DNA of 64,000 nt, from positions 4,178 to 68,177 of the forward strand of contig CAMDML010000007.1 of NCBI GenBank assembly GCA_945902215.1, given 5' to 3'. The translations under genes and the position numbers were made by a program. Shown here in pieces: positions 17,734-27,200 of this stretch. The first letter of the stretch is position 1. Each line of letters begins with the position of its first letter. This DNA comes from Klebsiella pneumoniae. Its GTDB lineage: Bacteria; Pseudomonadota; Gammaproteobacteria; Pseudomonadales; Pseudohongiellaceae. The notes under the pieces are model-generated. The model ran no database searches, was not told where the DNA came from, and saw only the letters and a list, made by a program, of their open reading frames with translations.

Positions 17734-18620
17734 GGTGCAACTCCCAGGCAGGTGGCCAGCGTTGTGGCCAACGCCTTCATGTAGCCGATGTAGTCGCCAC
17801 CATAAGTCGCCACGCCCTGACCCATCACATCTGCGGTAATGAGCCGCAACGCTGGCTGATCCAGCATTGTCAGCACTTCTGCATGATTGACGCCCGGTTC
17901 GACGAGCATGCAGGTGATTTGTTTTTGTTCCAGCTCAGCGCGCACCTTTGCCACCGTGCGAATGCCCGGCGCATTATTTTCACTGTCGGCCAGTGTCAGC
18001 GGTGGCTGCAGGTGGAGCGCGCGCTCCAGATAGCGCAGGGCATGGTGATAGACCGCCCATTCACGTTGGCCGGCGTCTGCGAAGCGCTGGCGAAGGTCGG
18101 TATCGAGCGTGTCGAGCTGGGCTTGAAAGCGCATCAGATTGTTACGGTACTGCCCGGCGTTCGCTGCATCGAGCTCCACAAGCGCAGCGACGAGTGCCGT
18201 GGCGATCAGTCGTGCATTGCGGGTATCCACCCATACATGTGGGTCGGGGTGGCCACTGACATCGATCAGGACAACACCGCTAAGCTCTTGCACCGCGATG
18301 ACGTGTGCATCGAGCTCGGCAACCAGTCCGGCCAGCGGCCGCTCCAGCATGGGTCCGGTCCATAGCACCAGATCCGCTTCGGCCAAGAGCCGCCGCTCGG
18401 AAGGACGCAAGGAAACATGATGCGGATCCTGACCCTGTGCCCACACCAGCGCAGGTGTTGTTACGCCTTGGGTGATTTCCGCCGCAATCAGTTGCAGGGG
18501 TTTGATGCTGGCTGTGACCTGCGGAGCCGCGAGTGTTGCACGCATACCCAACAGAAGCAGCAGAAGGAACATCAGTGCCTTGGGTAAAAATACGGAGCCT
18601 TGTGTGGTGCCTATCGTCAT
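17730..18620 (-). CDS. znuA: Zinc ABC transporter periplasmic binding protein ZnuA
   Basis: Signal peptide, SIKPL, DPHH.SLRPS, DPHVW, YHHALRY, VEP. Divergent from znuCB. Start codon uncertain. Confidence 0.88.
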   Translation of the reverse strand: MTIGTTQGSVFLPKALMFLLLLLLGMRATLAAPQVTASIKPLQLIAAEITQGVTTPALVWAQGQDPHHVSLRPSERRLLAEADLVLWTGPMLERPLAGLVAELDAHVIAVQELSGVVLIDVSGHPDPHVWVDTRNARLIATALVAALVELDAANAGQYRNNLMRFQAQLDTLDTDLRQRFADAGQREWAVYHHALRYLERALHLQPPLTLADSENNAPGIRTVAKVRAELEQKQITCMLVEPGVNHAEVLTMLDQPALRLITADVMGQGVATYGGDYIGYMKALATTLATCLGVAP

Positions 18621-18660
18621 GGAGGGGTGCAGAGTGCGGAAACAGCCGGGCGAATAAAGG

Positions 18661-18677
18661 ATGCTATGATATACCAC
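18661..18677. promoter_or_regulatory. Putative Zur box
   Basis: ATGCTATGATATACCAC matches 13/17 positions of ATGTTATAwTATAACAT and lies between divergent znuA and znuC. Confidence 0.6.
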
Positions 18678-18727
18678 TCATACAATGCAGCGACATGCAT
18701 GCACTTGGCGAACCACGAACCGGCTAA

Positions 18728-18801
18728 TACCAGCAATCACTATTAGCAACCACTTTTAACAACCACTACCTGCGACTACTTTCCACAACTACCGCGACTA
18801 C
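18728..18801. repeat. Degenerate 13-bp tandem repeat (about 5.5 units)
   Basis: TACCAGCAATCAC TATTAGCAACCAC TTTTAACAACCAC TACCTGCGACTAC TTTCCACAACTAC CGCGACTAC. Confidence 0.7.
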
Positions 18802-18807
18802 GCCACT

Positions 18808-19596
18808 TTGAAAACATCGCTTCTGCTAACTCCCCGCGCCCGCCCTGACGTGCTGCTCGATCTTCGCGGTATTGGTTATGCCGTCGGCAACCGTCACATC
18901 CTGCAGGACATTTTTCTGACCATCGCGCGCGGACAGATTGTTACCCTGATTGGACCCAACGGTGCAGGCAAAACTACACTCATCAAGATCGCAATGGGCT
19001 TGCTGCACCCGAGCGCGGGGCAAGTACTGCTGAACCCGGATCTACGCATTGGCTACATGCCGCAGCGCCTCGCGCTGGAAAGCACCATGCCGATCAGTGT
19101 CGAACGTTTTTTGAAACTGGCGGCACACGCGCACAAAGGCAATGTAGCGGCAACGCTGGCGGAAGTTGGCGCATCGGCGCTGCTGCACGCACGCCTGCAG
19201 GAACTGTCTGGCGGCGAACTGCAGCGCGTCTTGCTGGCGCGTGCACTGCTACAGAAGCCACATCTGCTCGTGCTCGACGAACCGACCCAAGGTGTGGACC
19301 TGAAAGGCCAGGCTGAACTCTACCGACTCATCATGCAGATCCGCGACCGGCACCAGTGCGGCGTATTGATGGTATCGCACGACCTGCATCTGGTGATGTC
19401 GGCCACGGATGAAGTGATCTGTCTCAACCAGCATGTGTGCTGCCACGGTCATCCGGAAAAAGTCAGCAACGATCCCGCTTACCTCGAGCTCTTTGGCAAG
19501 CGCGATGCGGAAACAATGGCCTTCTACACCCACTACCACACGCATCACCACGGCTTGGCCGGAGAAGTGATTCCTGATGGCGAGGCGGGCGAGTGA
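18808..19596 (+). CDS. znuC: Zinc ABC transporter ATP-binding protein ZnuC
   Basis: GPNGAGKTT, LSGGELQRVLLARAL, LDEPTQGVD, CLNQHVCCHGHP and a His-rich tail. Confidence 0.95.
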   Translation: MKTSLLLTPRARPDVLLDLRGIGYAVGNRHILQDIFLTIARGQIVTLIGPNGAGKTTLIKIAMGLLHPSAGQVLLNPDLRIGYMPQRLALESTMPISVERFLKLAAHAHKGNVAATLAEVGASALLHARLQELSGGELQRVLLARALLQKPHLLVLDEPTQGVDLKGQAELYRLIMQIRDRHQCGVLMVSHDLHLVMSATDEVICLNQHVCCHGHPEKVSNDPAYLELFGKRDAETMAFYTHYHTHHHGLAGEVIPDGEAGE

Positions 19597-20378
19597 TGGC
19601 GGATTTCATTCTGCGTGCGGTATTGGCCGGTTTGTTGTTAGCTGCAGTAGCTGGCCCGCTGGGCTGCTTCATCGTGTGGCGGCGCATGGCTTATTTCGGC
19701 GATACACTCGCGCACTCCGCATTACTCGGCATCGCCTTCGGCCTTCTCCTCGACATCAACATGCAACTGGCCGTTGTGCTCGCCTGCTGCGCCTTGGCCC
19801 TGCTGCTGGTGTTGATGGAAAAAAACAAGTCGCTTGCCAGTGATACTCTATTGGGGATTCTCGCGCACAGCTCGCTCGCACTTGGTCTTGTGATGCTCAG
19901 TTTCACCGCGGTGCAAGTTGATCTGGTTTCTTACCTGTTCGGAGATTTATTGACGGTAAGCATGCAAGAGTTGCTGTGGGTCGCGGGGGGCGCCATTCTC
20001 GCGCTTGCTACGCTGTTGCTGTTTTGGAGTCGGCTGCTTTCCATAACCTTGCATCAGGAGCTGGCACAAGTGGAGGGGCTCGATGTAACGCGGCTGCGGT
20101 TGTTGCTGATGCTGGTGGTAGCTGTGGTTGTTGCCGTGTCGATGAAGATTGTTGGCGTACTGTTGATAACTTCGCTGATGATTATCCCGCCTGCTACTGC
20201 GCGCCATTTCGCGCGATCGCCCGAACAAATGGCTGTCGGCGCTTCTCTCGCCGGCGCGCTCGCGGTCTGCGGCGGGATTACGGCGTCATGGTTCTGGGAT
20301 ACACCGACCGGGCCAAGCATTGTGGTAGTGGCAGCGTTGTTGTTTCTGCTCAGCGCCATGATGAAACCCCGCGCCTAA
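19596..20378 (+). CDS. znuB: Zinc ABC transporter permease ZnuB
   Basis: GPLGCFIVWRRMAYFGDTLAHSALLG, YLFGDLL and DTPTGPSIV motifs. An alternative GTG start is at 19593. Confidence 0.96.
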   Translation: MADFILRAVLAGLLLAAVAGPLGCFIVWRRMAYFGDTLAHSALLGIAFGLLLDINMQLAVVLACCALALLLVLMEKNKSLASDTLLGILAHSSLALGLVMLSFTAVQVDLVSYLFGDLLTVSMQELLWVAGGAILALATLLLFWSRLLSITLHQELAQVEGLDVTRLRLLLMLVVAVVVAVSMKIVGVLLITSLMIIPPATARHFARSPEQMAVGASLAGALAVCGGITASWFWDTPTGPSIVVVAALLFLLSAMMKPRA

Positions 20379-20487
20379 ACTACTTATACACTTCCCAACC
20401 TTTTTTCCTGAAGCAAGCGCCTGCGGCGTTCGAAGCAGCGTAACCTCGCCCGCGCCAATCAATACCAACCAGCACAATTGCCTGCGC

Positions 20488-20515
20488 AAAAAAAACGGCG
20501 GGCTTGCGCCCGCCG
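20488..20515 (-). terminator. Intrinsic terminator of TonB-dependent receptor 1
   Basis: Minus strand CGGCGGGC-GCAA-GCCCGCCG-T8. Confidence 0.9.
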
Positions 20516-20545
20516 CCATCTCTCATACGATCAGTCTAAATACGT

Positions 20546-23500
20546 CTAGATGTCCATCGTCACGCTGACAAAAGCACGCCGACCGAGCGGATCGTACGTT
20601 GCCCCGCCGCCGACATGCGTCGGTGCAGTCGGGAACGGGTTTACAGTCGGATCGCCTTTGTTCATCGGCGGTTCCTTGTCCAGCAGGTTCTCTATCCCCA
20701 CGCGCAGCGTGTAGTTCTCGCCGAACTGGTAGTTACCCGACAACGCGAACAGATGGTAATCCGTCTGCACCCCACCGTAGTAACATGGGGCGCCCGTGGG
20801 GGCTGTGATACACGCAGCCGCCTTGATCTCAGGCCAGTACTGGTGCCGCAGCGACATACCCCAGTTGTCCTTGAAGAAGTTCAGTGTCGTGAAAAGACGG
20901 TAATCGTACCCTTGACACTGAATCTGCAACCCGCAGCCCTGCGTGCCTGACCAATCGCGCTCCGGTGCGACCGGCGAGTCCTGTGTCGTTGACTCGATGT
21001 TCTTGTTCGCCACGATGTTCACGTTGAGCCCGCCAAATGAAAATTGCTTGGTCATGTTGAACGCAATATCGACCCCTGCGACGGTTGCGAGCCCCGTGTT
21101 CGTGTAGGCGAGGTCGATGCCCGAGGCGTTGCCGCTGACGGGGTCCCGGAACAGCGCCACACAGCCGGGAGTGTTTGGATTGCCGCCTGGGTTCTGGGCG
21201 AGGCTAAAGCAACGTTGTTGGGTAGTATCCGAACCTTCTACTGCAATCATGTCGCTGATCTCGATCGTGTAGTAGTCCACCGTCAGGCTGATGTCCTCCA
21301 TAATGCGTGCAGCAACACCGAGAGTGAACGTATCGGCCTGCTCTTCCCTGAGATTCGGGTTACCGAAGCTGTTCGCTGTACCTACGCCCCCGGCTAAGGG
21401 CTGCGAGTTTAGCGGACGGTTGTCGTAGTACTCGGCTGCGCCCGCGCCGCCCATAATCGCGCGGCAAATAGCCAAGGTTTGGGCGGCCTGCTGGGCGCCC
21501 GCGACGGCGACGTTAGTGCTGAAGGGGCCCGACGCGTTGCGCTGCGAGCACTGGTCACCGTAGACGCTTGCCCCAGCGCCGAAGACCTGGGTTCGTTCGA
21601 GGAACAACTCACCCAAGTTGGGGGCGCGGTGTGCCACGTTCCAGCCGCCGCGCACGCGATAGTTGGGTGTAATCGCCCAGTCGAGCAGCGCTTTGTAGGA
21701 AGCAAGGACCTTTAAATCCGGCATGCTCCAATCGGACGCGCGGGCACCGAGCTCGAGATTAAGGTGATTCAACAGGAACGGGCCATCCGCGATAATCGGA
21801 ACCAGCAACTCACCGTAAGCCTCGCTGACATCGAACTTGCCTTCGCTATTCCCATTGGGAAACAGACCGCCGATGGTATCGACGAAATTCTGGTTCAAGC
21901 TTAGGTTGTCCGGCGCATATGTGAAGCTTGCCTCACGATAGGTGGTACCAACCGCGTACGACAGAGGCCCCGCATTCATCTCGAGGAGATCGCCCATCAA
22001 GTTGGCCTCATACACCGTCTGCGTAACCACATCCTGGTTCTTTAGGCTCGGCGAAATCGCTTCGACGCAGTCCGCCCCAGGTGCGAACACCTCGATGAGC
22101 GGCAGGCCGGTTTCGCACGTAGGGCTGCTCTCAGCAAAACCCACTCCGTAGGGGTTGGCATCGTACGTGAACCCACGGCCGAAGTTCGGCGAGGTGGCAA
22201 TCGCTCGCCACTGCGACAGGCGGGCGGAGCCTTTCTGGATCACCAGATTATCCGTGCGGCCGGTCGAGACCGACGCGTCCCACGAATGCTTGCCGTCCGC
22301 CAGATCGCCCTCAAGACCGATGCTGAGCTGCATAATATTGGTAGTGCTCTCGGAACGGCGACCACCGCCTTCAGCCTCACGCATCCAATCTGGTGGGCGG
22401 TTCATCCACAGATTCTCTTGTGGCAATCGCCGAGTCGACATTAGCGCAACCATCTCGGGAGGTAGCGGAAATGCCTCAGACTCTGTGCAACCGATCTGTC
22501 CGTCAGCGTTGCAGTTCAACTGGAACCGGCCGCCGGGAAGATACGCGGGGTTGGTGACCTCAGCGCCATCGACGAGACCGTTGGAGTTGGTGTCGTTCCA
22601 TGAGTTCGGTATGCCGCGCGTCACATCGCCCGCGTAGAGTGTCGTGCCAAAAGGAATTTCGGAGCCCCAGAGGCCGATGGTGTCGGCCGTAAGCGCGAGC
22701 TGCGTTTCAGTGTAGGTGCGCGCGAACATGCCCTGGCCCGTCAAGCGCAAGCTGTCGTTGATTTCGAACTCGCCCTTTGCGAACGACGACATGCGCTCGA
22801 GTGGTGTTGATGTCCAGCCCCACCAGGTGTTCTCTTTGATCCTGCCATCTGGCTGAACGATGCGGTACGGCAAGCCCGCGAAATTGCCATAGTGATCGCC
22901 GCTGGTAGGGCCCAGCGGGCCTGTATACCGATAGGCGCCCGGCGCACCCGAACCCGACTGGAGTCCCGTATACACAGTGCCGTTAAGCCCCCGGTTCAGG
23001 AAAAAGTTGGTATTGTTGGATACACCAAGCAGCCCGTTTGTAGGAGACTGCGGGCAGTTGGCGGTAGGCGTGGTCGCGTTCGGATTGGCCGCCGGCGTGC
23101 ATGGCAGCGCCCGGTTGAACAGCGCGTTGACGGCGTTCTGGTTAGGAAGATTGTTGGGTACTGCCGGAGCGTAAGGCGTGCCAGGGATGTTGGTGATGTA
23201 CGTATCTGAGCCGAAGAACGTACCACCGCCGGAGCCGGCGCCAGGGTTGGCCGCGTCCTCGATTCGCCAGTCCCGCATCCATGGGTGTCCTGTGCCGCGC
23301 GTGGACCGCTCAATGCCGAGCATGACGTTGCCGCGGTCGCTAGTGGCACCAATGAGGCCGGAAAACATCTTTTCCTGACCGCCGCCGTCGAAGGTGTCGC
23401 CGTAGCGGGCCTCGAATGAGGCGCCCTCGAAATCGTCCTTGAGGATGAAGTTCACGACGCCGCCAACGGCGTCTGCGCCGTACACTGCCGAGGCGCCACC

Positions 23501-23974
23501 TGAGATGATTTCCACCCGTGAGATCGCCGCAGACGGGATCATGTTGGTGTCAACAACCATCGTCGGGTTGATCGGCTGGCCGCGCCTGCCGTCGACGAGG
23601 ACGAGGTTACGGTTGGCCCCGAGACCACGCAGGCTGACCAGCGAAGCGCCGACCGTGTTGACGGCCGTGTTCTGCACGTCGCCCGTCGAGAACTGCGTGA
23701 CGGCCGGCACGAACTGCGGCAGTTGGTTCAAAACGGTCGAGACGCCGATAGTGCTCGTGTTCTCGAACGTCGCTCGATCAATGGTGGTGATCGGAGAGTT
23801 GGCGTTGAAGTCTTGTCTAATGATACGAGAGCCGGTGACAATAATTTCATCAAGCGCCTCTTCTTCCGCCGCAAAAGCGAGCGGAGCGATGCTGCTCAAA
23901 ACTATGGCACTGAGCGCGGCCGAAATGGATGCGGATAGAAGAGATGGTTTTAGCAGGGATGGATATTTGGACAT
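20546..23974 (-). CDS. TonB-dependent receptor 1 (1142 aa, 14 Cys)
   Basis: Signal peptide, TonB box EIIVTGSR, plug motifs SLRGLG..R.LVLVDGRR and RVEII.GGASAVYGADAVGGVVNFIL, RAPNLGELF, NLLDKEPP, YD.LGR. Confidence 0.95.
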   Translation of the reverse strand: MSKYPSLLKPSLLSASISAALSAIVLSSIAPLAFAAEEEALDEIIVTGSRIIRQDFNANSPITTIDRATFENTSTIGVSTVLNQLPQFVPAVTQFSTGDVQNTAVNTVGASLVSLRGLGANRNLVLVDGRRGQPINPTMVVDTNMIPSAAISRVEIISGGASAVYGADAVGGVVNFILKDDFEGASFEARYGDTFDGGGQEKMFSGLIGATSDRGNVMLGIERSTRGTGHPWMRDWRIEDAANPGAGSGGGTFFGSDTYITNIPGTPYAPAVPNNLPNQNAVNALFNRALPCTPAANPNATTPTANCPQSPTNGLLGVSNNTNFFLNRGLNGTVYTGLQSGSGAPGAYRYTGPLGPTSGDHYGNFAGLPYRIVQPDGRIKENTWWGWTSTPLERMSSFAKGEFEINDSLRLTGQGMFARTYTETQLALTADTIGLWGSEIPFGTTLYAGDVTRGIPNSWNDTNSNGLVDGAEVTNPAYLPGGRFQLNCNADGQIGCTESEAFPLPPEMVALMSTRRLPQENLWMNRPPDWMREAEGGGRRSESTTNIMQLSIGLEGDLADGKHSWDASVSTGRTDNLVIQKGSARLSQWRAIATSPNFGRGFTYDANPYGVGFAESSPTCETGLPLIEVFAPGADCVEAISPSLKNQDVVTQTVYEANLMGDLLEMNAGPLSYAVGTTYREASFTYAPDNLSLNQNFVDTIGGLFPNGNSEGKFDVSEAYGELLVPIIADGPFLLNHLNLELGARASDWSMPDLKVLASYKALLDWAITPNYRVRGGWNVAHRAPNLGELFLERTQVFGAGASVYGDQCSQRNASGPFSTNVAVAGAQQAAQTLAICRAIMGGAGAAEYYDNRPLNSQPLAGGVGTANSFGNPNLREEQADTFTLGVAARIMEDISLTVDYYTIEISDMIAVEGSDTTQQRCFSLAQNPGGNPNTPGCVALFRDPVSGNASGIDLAYTNTGLATVAGVDIAFNMTKQFSFGGLNVNIVANKNIESTTQDSPVAPERDWSGTQGCGLQIQCQGYDYRLFTTLNFFKDNWGMSLRHQYWPEIKAAACITAPTGAPCYYGGVQTDYHLFALSGNYQFGENYTLRVGIENLLDKEPPMNKGDPTVNPFPTAPTHVGGGATYDPLGRRAFVSVTMDI

Positions 23975-24041
23975 TTGCTACCTCCTATTTTTGTTGTTGT
24001 AAAGGATAGTATAGCGAGGCGAAGACATACTGCCTCACCAA

Positions 24042-24070
24042 AGGCTAGCGGGCTTGGCCGTCCGAGTCAA
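24042..24070 (-). promoter_or_regulatory. Putative sigma70 promoter of receptor 1
   Basis: TTGACT-N17-TAGCCT. Both hexamers are identical upstream of receptor 2 while the spacer has diverged. Confidence 0.7.
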
Positions 24071-24147
24071 TTGCGAAATTTTTCCACAATTGGGCCGCCA
24101 GAATAATGGCGGTTTGTGCATTTGGCACAAATCGTCGGATTAGTGCG

Positions 24148-24222
24148 CCAACCGGGCCAAGCATCGTGGTAGTGGCAGCGTTGTTGTTTCTGATAAGTGC
24201 GCTGGCAAAAACGCGCACATAA
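24148..24222 (+). pseudogene. Duplicated 3' end of znuB (24 codons + TAA)
   Basis: Aligns without gaps to 20304-20378: 43/45 nt identical at the start and 61/75 overall. Encodes PTGPSIVVVAALLFLISALAKTRT* versus PTGPSIVVVAALLFLLSAMMKPRA*. Confidence 0.92.
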
Positions 24223-24253
24223 AAAAAGCGGCGGGCCAATTGGCCCGCCGCTT
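24221..24253 (-). terminator. Intrinsic terminator of TonB-dependent receptor 2
   Basis: GCGGCGGGCC-AATT-GGCCCGCCGC hairpin followed by T7 on the minus strand. The stem is homologous to the terminator at 20488-20515. Confidence 0.9.
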
Positions 24254-24278
24254 CATGTTTACTACGTAACAACCGTTC

Positions 24279-27200
24279 TTAGAACGAGGCTTTGATACCT
24301 ACGAAATAACGACGACCGAGTACGTCGTAGTAACCTCCGTTGATACTTCCAACACCCGGCAAGCTGAAACCGAACGGGTTCTGGCAACCGGGAGGTGCAG
24401 TACCACCACCGGCAGTCGAGCAGACCGTATTCAGCGTGGTGCTAGCACCGTAACCTGCACTAGGAGCCACATATTCCGGCTCGGAGTCCAGCAAGTTGGT
24501 GATACCGCCGCGCAGTACATACGTTTCGCTGATGTTCCAGTTAAACGAGAAGTCTAAAACGTCGTACGCATCAGTTTCGATTTCCGTGGTCGGCGTGTAG
24601 CCAAGGAGCAGGCCCTTCGCACCGGCCGCAACGCTGGCGTTGTTTGCCTTGATCGCCTGCTGGCTGTTATAGCCTGCAGACCAGACTTTAGGCAGATGGC
24701 GCCAACGGAGGCTCAGACTCACGTCGTCAAGTATGTAGCTAACCGAGCCGAACAAACGGAAGTCGTAAGCGCCGCCGTTGGTTCCAGACAAGTTCGGCCC
24801 CAGGGAGCCGGCCCAATCGGTTTCCACGTCGAAAGCGCCGGGAGACTGCTTGGTCTTGTAATAGTCCAGCACGGTTGCGTTCACGCTCAGGCCCAAACGG
24901 CCTGGCAGGCCAACCAGTTCATCAAGTTCACCAAACCAGTTAAGGGCGATGTCAAAACCTTGGGTTTTGATCGTGGCCTGGTTGTCATACGATACTTTAC
25001 TGGTCAAACCAACGCCGTTGACCTGATCCCTCGGGAGTAACATACAGCCGTCGGTTTTGGCGCGCGCTTGGGCTTCGGCACGCGTTGTCACCGGAGTTCC
25101 GAAGCAGCGGTTCTGGGCATAGTCCAGCGAGTACAACATGATCGCGTCTTCAATTTCGATGCGGTATGCATCCAACGACAGCGTCATGCCCGACAGCCAT
25201 GGGTTATCCCACGGCGACGTGGCAACGGCGCCCAGCGTCCAGGTCTCAGCAGTTTCCGAGGTGAGGTTCGTGTTGCCTTCCTGCAGGATCCAGTTGAAGG
25301 TAGCGCCGGCAGCACCACCTGCGTTGGACACTTTATAGAACTGGTTGGCCGCCAAGCTGTTCTGGCCGCCCATCAGTTCCTCACAGATCATCAATGCGCT
25401 TAAGGCGCCCGCGTTTGTCTGGCTTGGAGCCAATGCGGTCTGCGGTTCGCCGGGGTTCAGGATCGGATCAGGCAAAGCGCCGCCCGCACCGAAGGGGGCG
25501 TTGGAGCGCAAGCCGCAACCGTCGCCGAAGTTCGCGCCGCCTACTGTGAAAATTTCCTGTTGGTTCAGGAACATTTCACCCAGGTTTGGAGCGCGAGTTG
25601 CTGCGTTGAAGCCGCCACGAACACGCAATCTGTCGTTGATTTCCCAGTTTGCCAAGGCTTTCCAGGTGGTCTCTGGGTCGGAATGTTCGTAATCGGAGTA
25701 ACGTGCGCCCAGTTCGAGCTCCAGACTTTGAATGAATTTGATGTCTGAAAGAACAGGCACCAAGGCTTCTACATAGACGTCATCGACAGAGGTCCCTGCA
25801 TCCAGTGAGCCAGTCGGGTATACCCCGATTACCTGGTCAGTGAAGGAGTTCTGGGACTGCAGGATATCCGGGTAGAACTTGGACGAGTTGCGGCGGTTCT
25901 GAAAACCAGCTGCAGCACGGACTTCGCCTGCCGGCAGTTCCATGAGGGAACCCTGAAGGTTGACCTCAATAATGTCTTGCTTGTTCTGCGTGCGGGTCTG
26001 CAGGTTGGCATTAATGGCTTCGAAGCAGTCTTTCGACATCGGCTTGTCGCCGGAGAAGAAAGTGTCGTACAAACCAGTGGTACATTTGTAGTCGCCTACT
26101 CCGAAAGCGGGACGGGGGGCGTTAATGGTTGTGCCATCACCCAAGGTGTATTTCAGGTTGCCCGTGCCAGACGCATTGCGGCCGTAATCTTTCAGGTTGG
26201 AAAGCGCTCTGTAACGTGACAGCGACAAGTTGCCGGTGGCGACGTTATAGGTAGCGGATTCGGCATGGGATCCATAAATTTCAGCTGTCCAGTCGCGGAT
26301 TGGCAAGTCAATATTCGTACCAATCTCTACCTGCCACACTTCGTTCGTGTTGTAGGTGTTACGTGGGGGCAAGCTGTCGTCCGGGTTCCAGTTCGGCTGC
26401 CATGGGCCGGCCTTGGTGGGACGGGCGTTCAGCAGGATTGCCAACTCTGGTGGAACTGGGAAGTTGGCGCCCGGTTTGCCGGTGGCAATGAAGCTTGGGT
26501 TGGCAAAGGCTGCCGGGTTGTTGCGAACTGCGGTAACGATTGCGGTACTGGTGTAGTCGAGGGTCGGATCAACCGGACTGTCCAGCGTCGGGTTGTAGGG
26601 AACCGTTGTTTCCCAACCAGTGATCGCGCTGGTACCAAACAGAGTCGTACGTGTCTTGCTCTCTGCAAACGTTGCGCGGCCAAATACGTTGACGGTGTCG
26701 GTGACGTCGAAATTACCGGAAGTGAAGAATGAATACCGCTCTTGGGGTGCGCTGGAAAATGCGCTCTGGTCATACCACTTCAGGTTGCTGAAAGTGGTGC
26801 TGCCGGGCGGGATCGAGCCATCATACGTGGTCTGTGGCAGGTATTCCCCGTTGTCCCTCGGACCCTTGTAGCGCGACAAGCCGCCCTGGCTGCCGGCGAC
26901 CCAAATGGTGCCGTCAGAGTTGAAGTTATACCCGCGGTTGTTGGCGTTAACAGCTAGGGGGGTGAATACGTTGGTGCCGGCCGGACGACCCGCGAACAGA
27001 CCTTCAATCGTGCTGTTCGGTGGGCAGTTCAGGTTACAGCCGTAGCTGTTGATGCCTTGCAAACCAAAGGTGCCGCCCGTGAGCGGGTTGTTGCGGAAAT
27101 CCATGTAGAAATCGTTCTCAGTTTGCCTTTCGGCATCCCGGTTGTAGCGCTCCAATCCCAAGGTGACGTTGCCACGGCCATCGGCGACATTGGCTCCCAA

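Noticed and set aside
18728..18801. Tandem repeats as a CRISPR array or iterons
   Set aside because: Units are 12-17 bp, directly abutting with no spacers, differ from locus to locus, and no cas or rep genes are present.
20379..20487. About 110 nt present only in the first repeat unit, as a possible gene remnant or REP element
   Set aside because: No convincing ORF, no second copy in the window and no strong palindrome.
20304..24222. Classical genomic island or prophage with attL/attR in znuB
   Set aside because: No integrase or other mobility gene lies between the repeats, and the cargo is a paralog of the adjacent gene with a homologous promoter and terminator.
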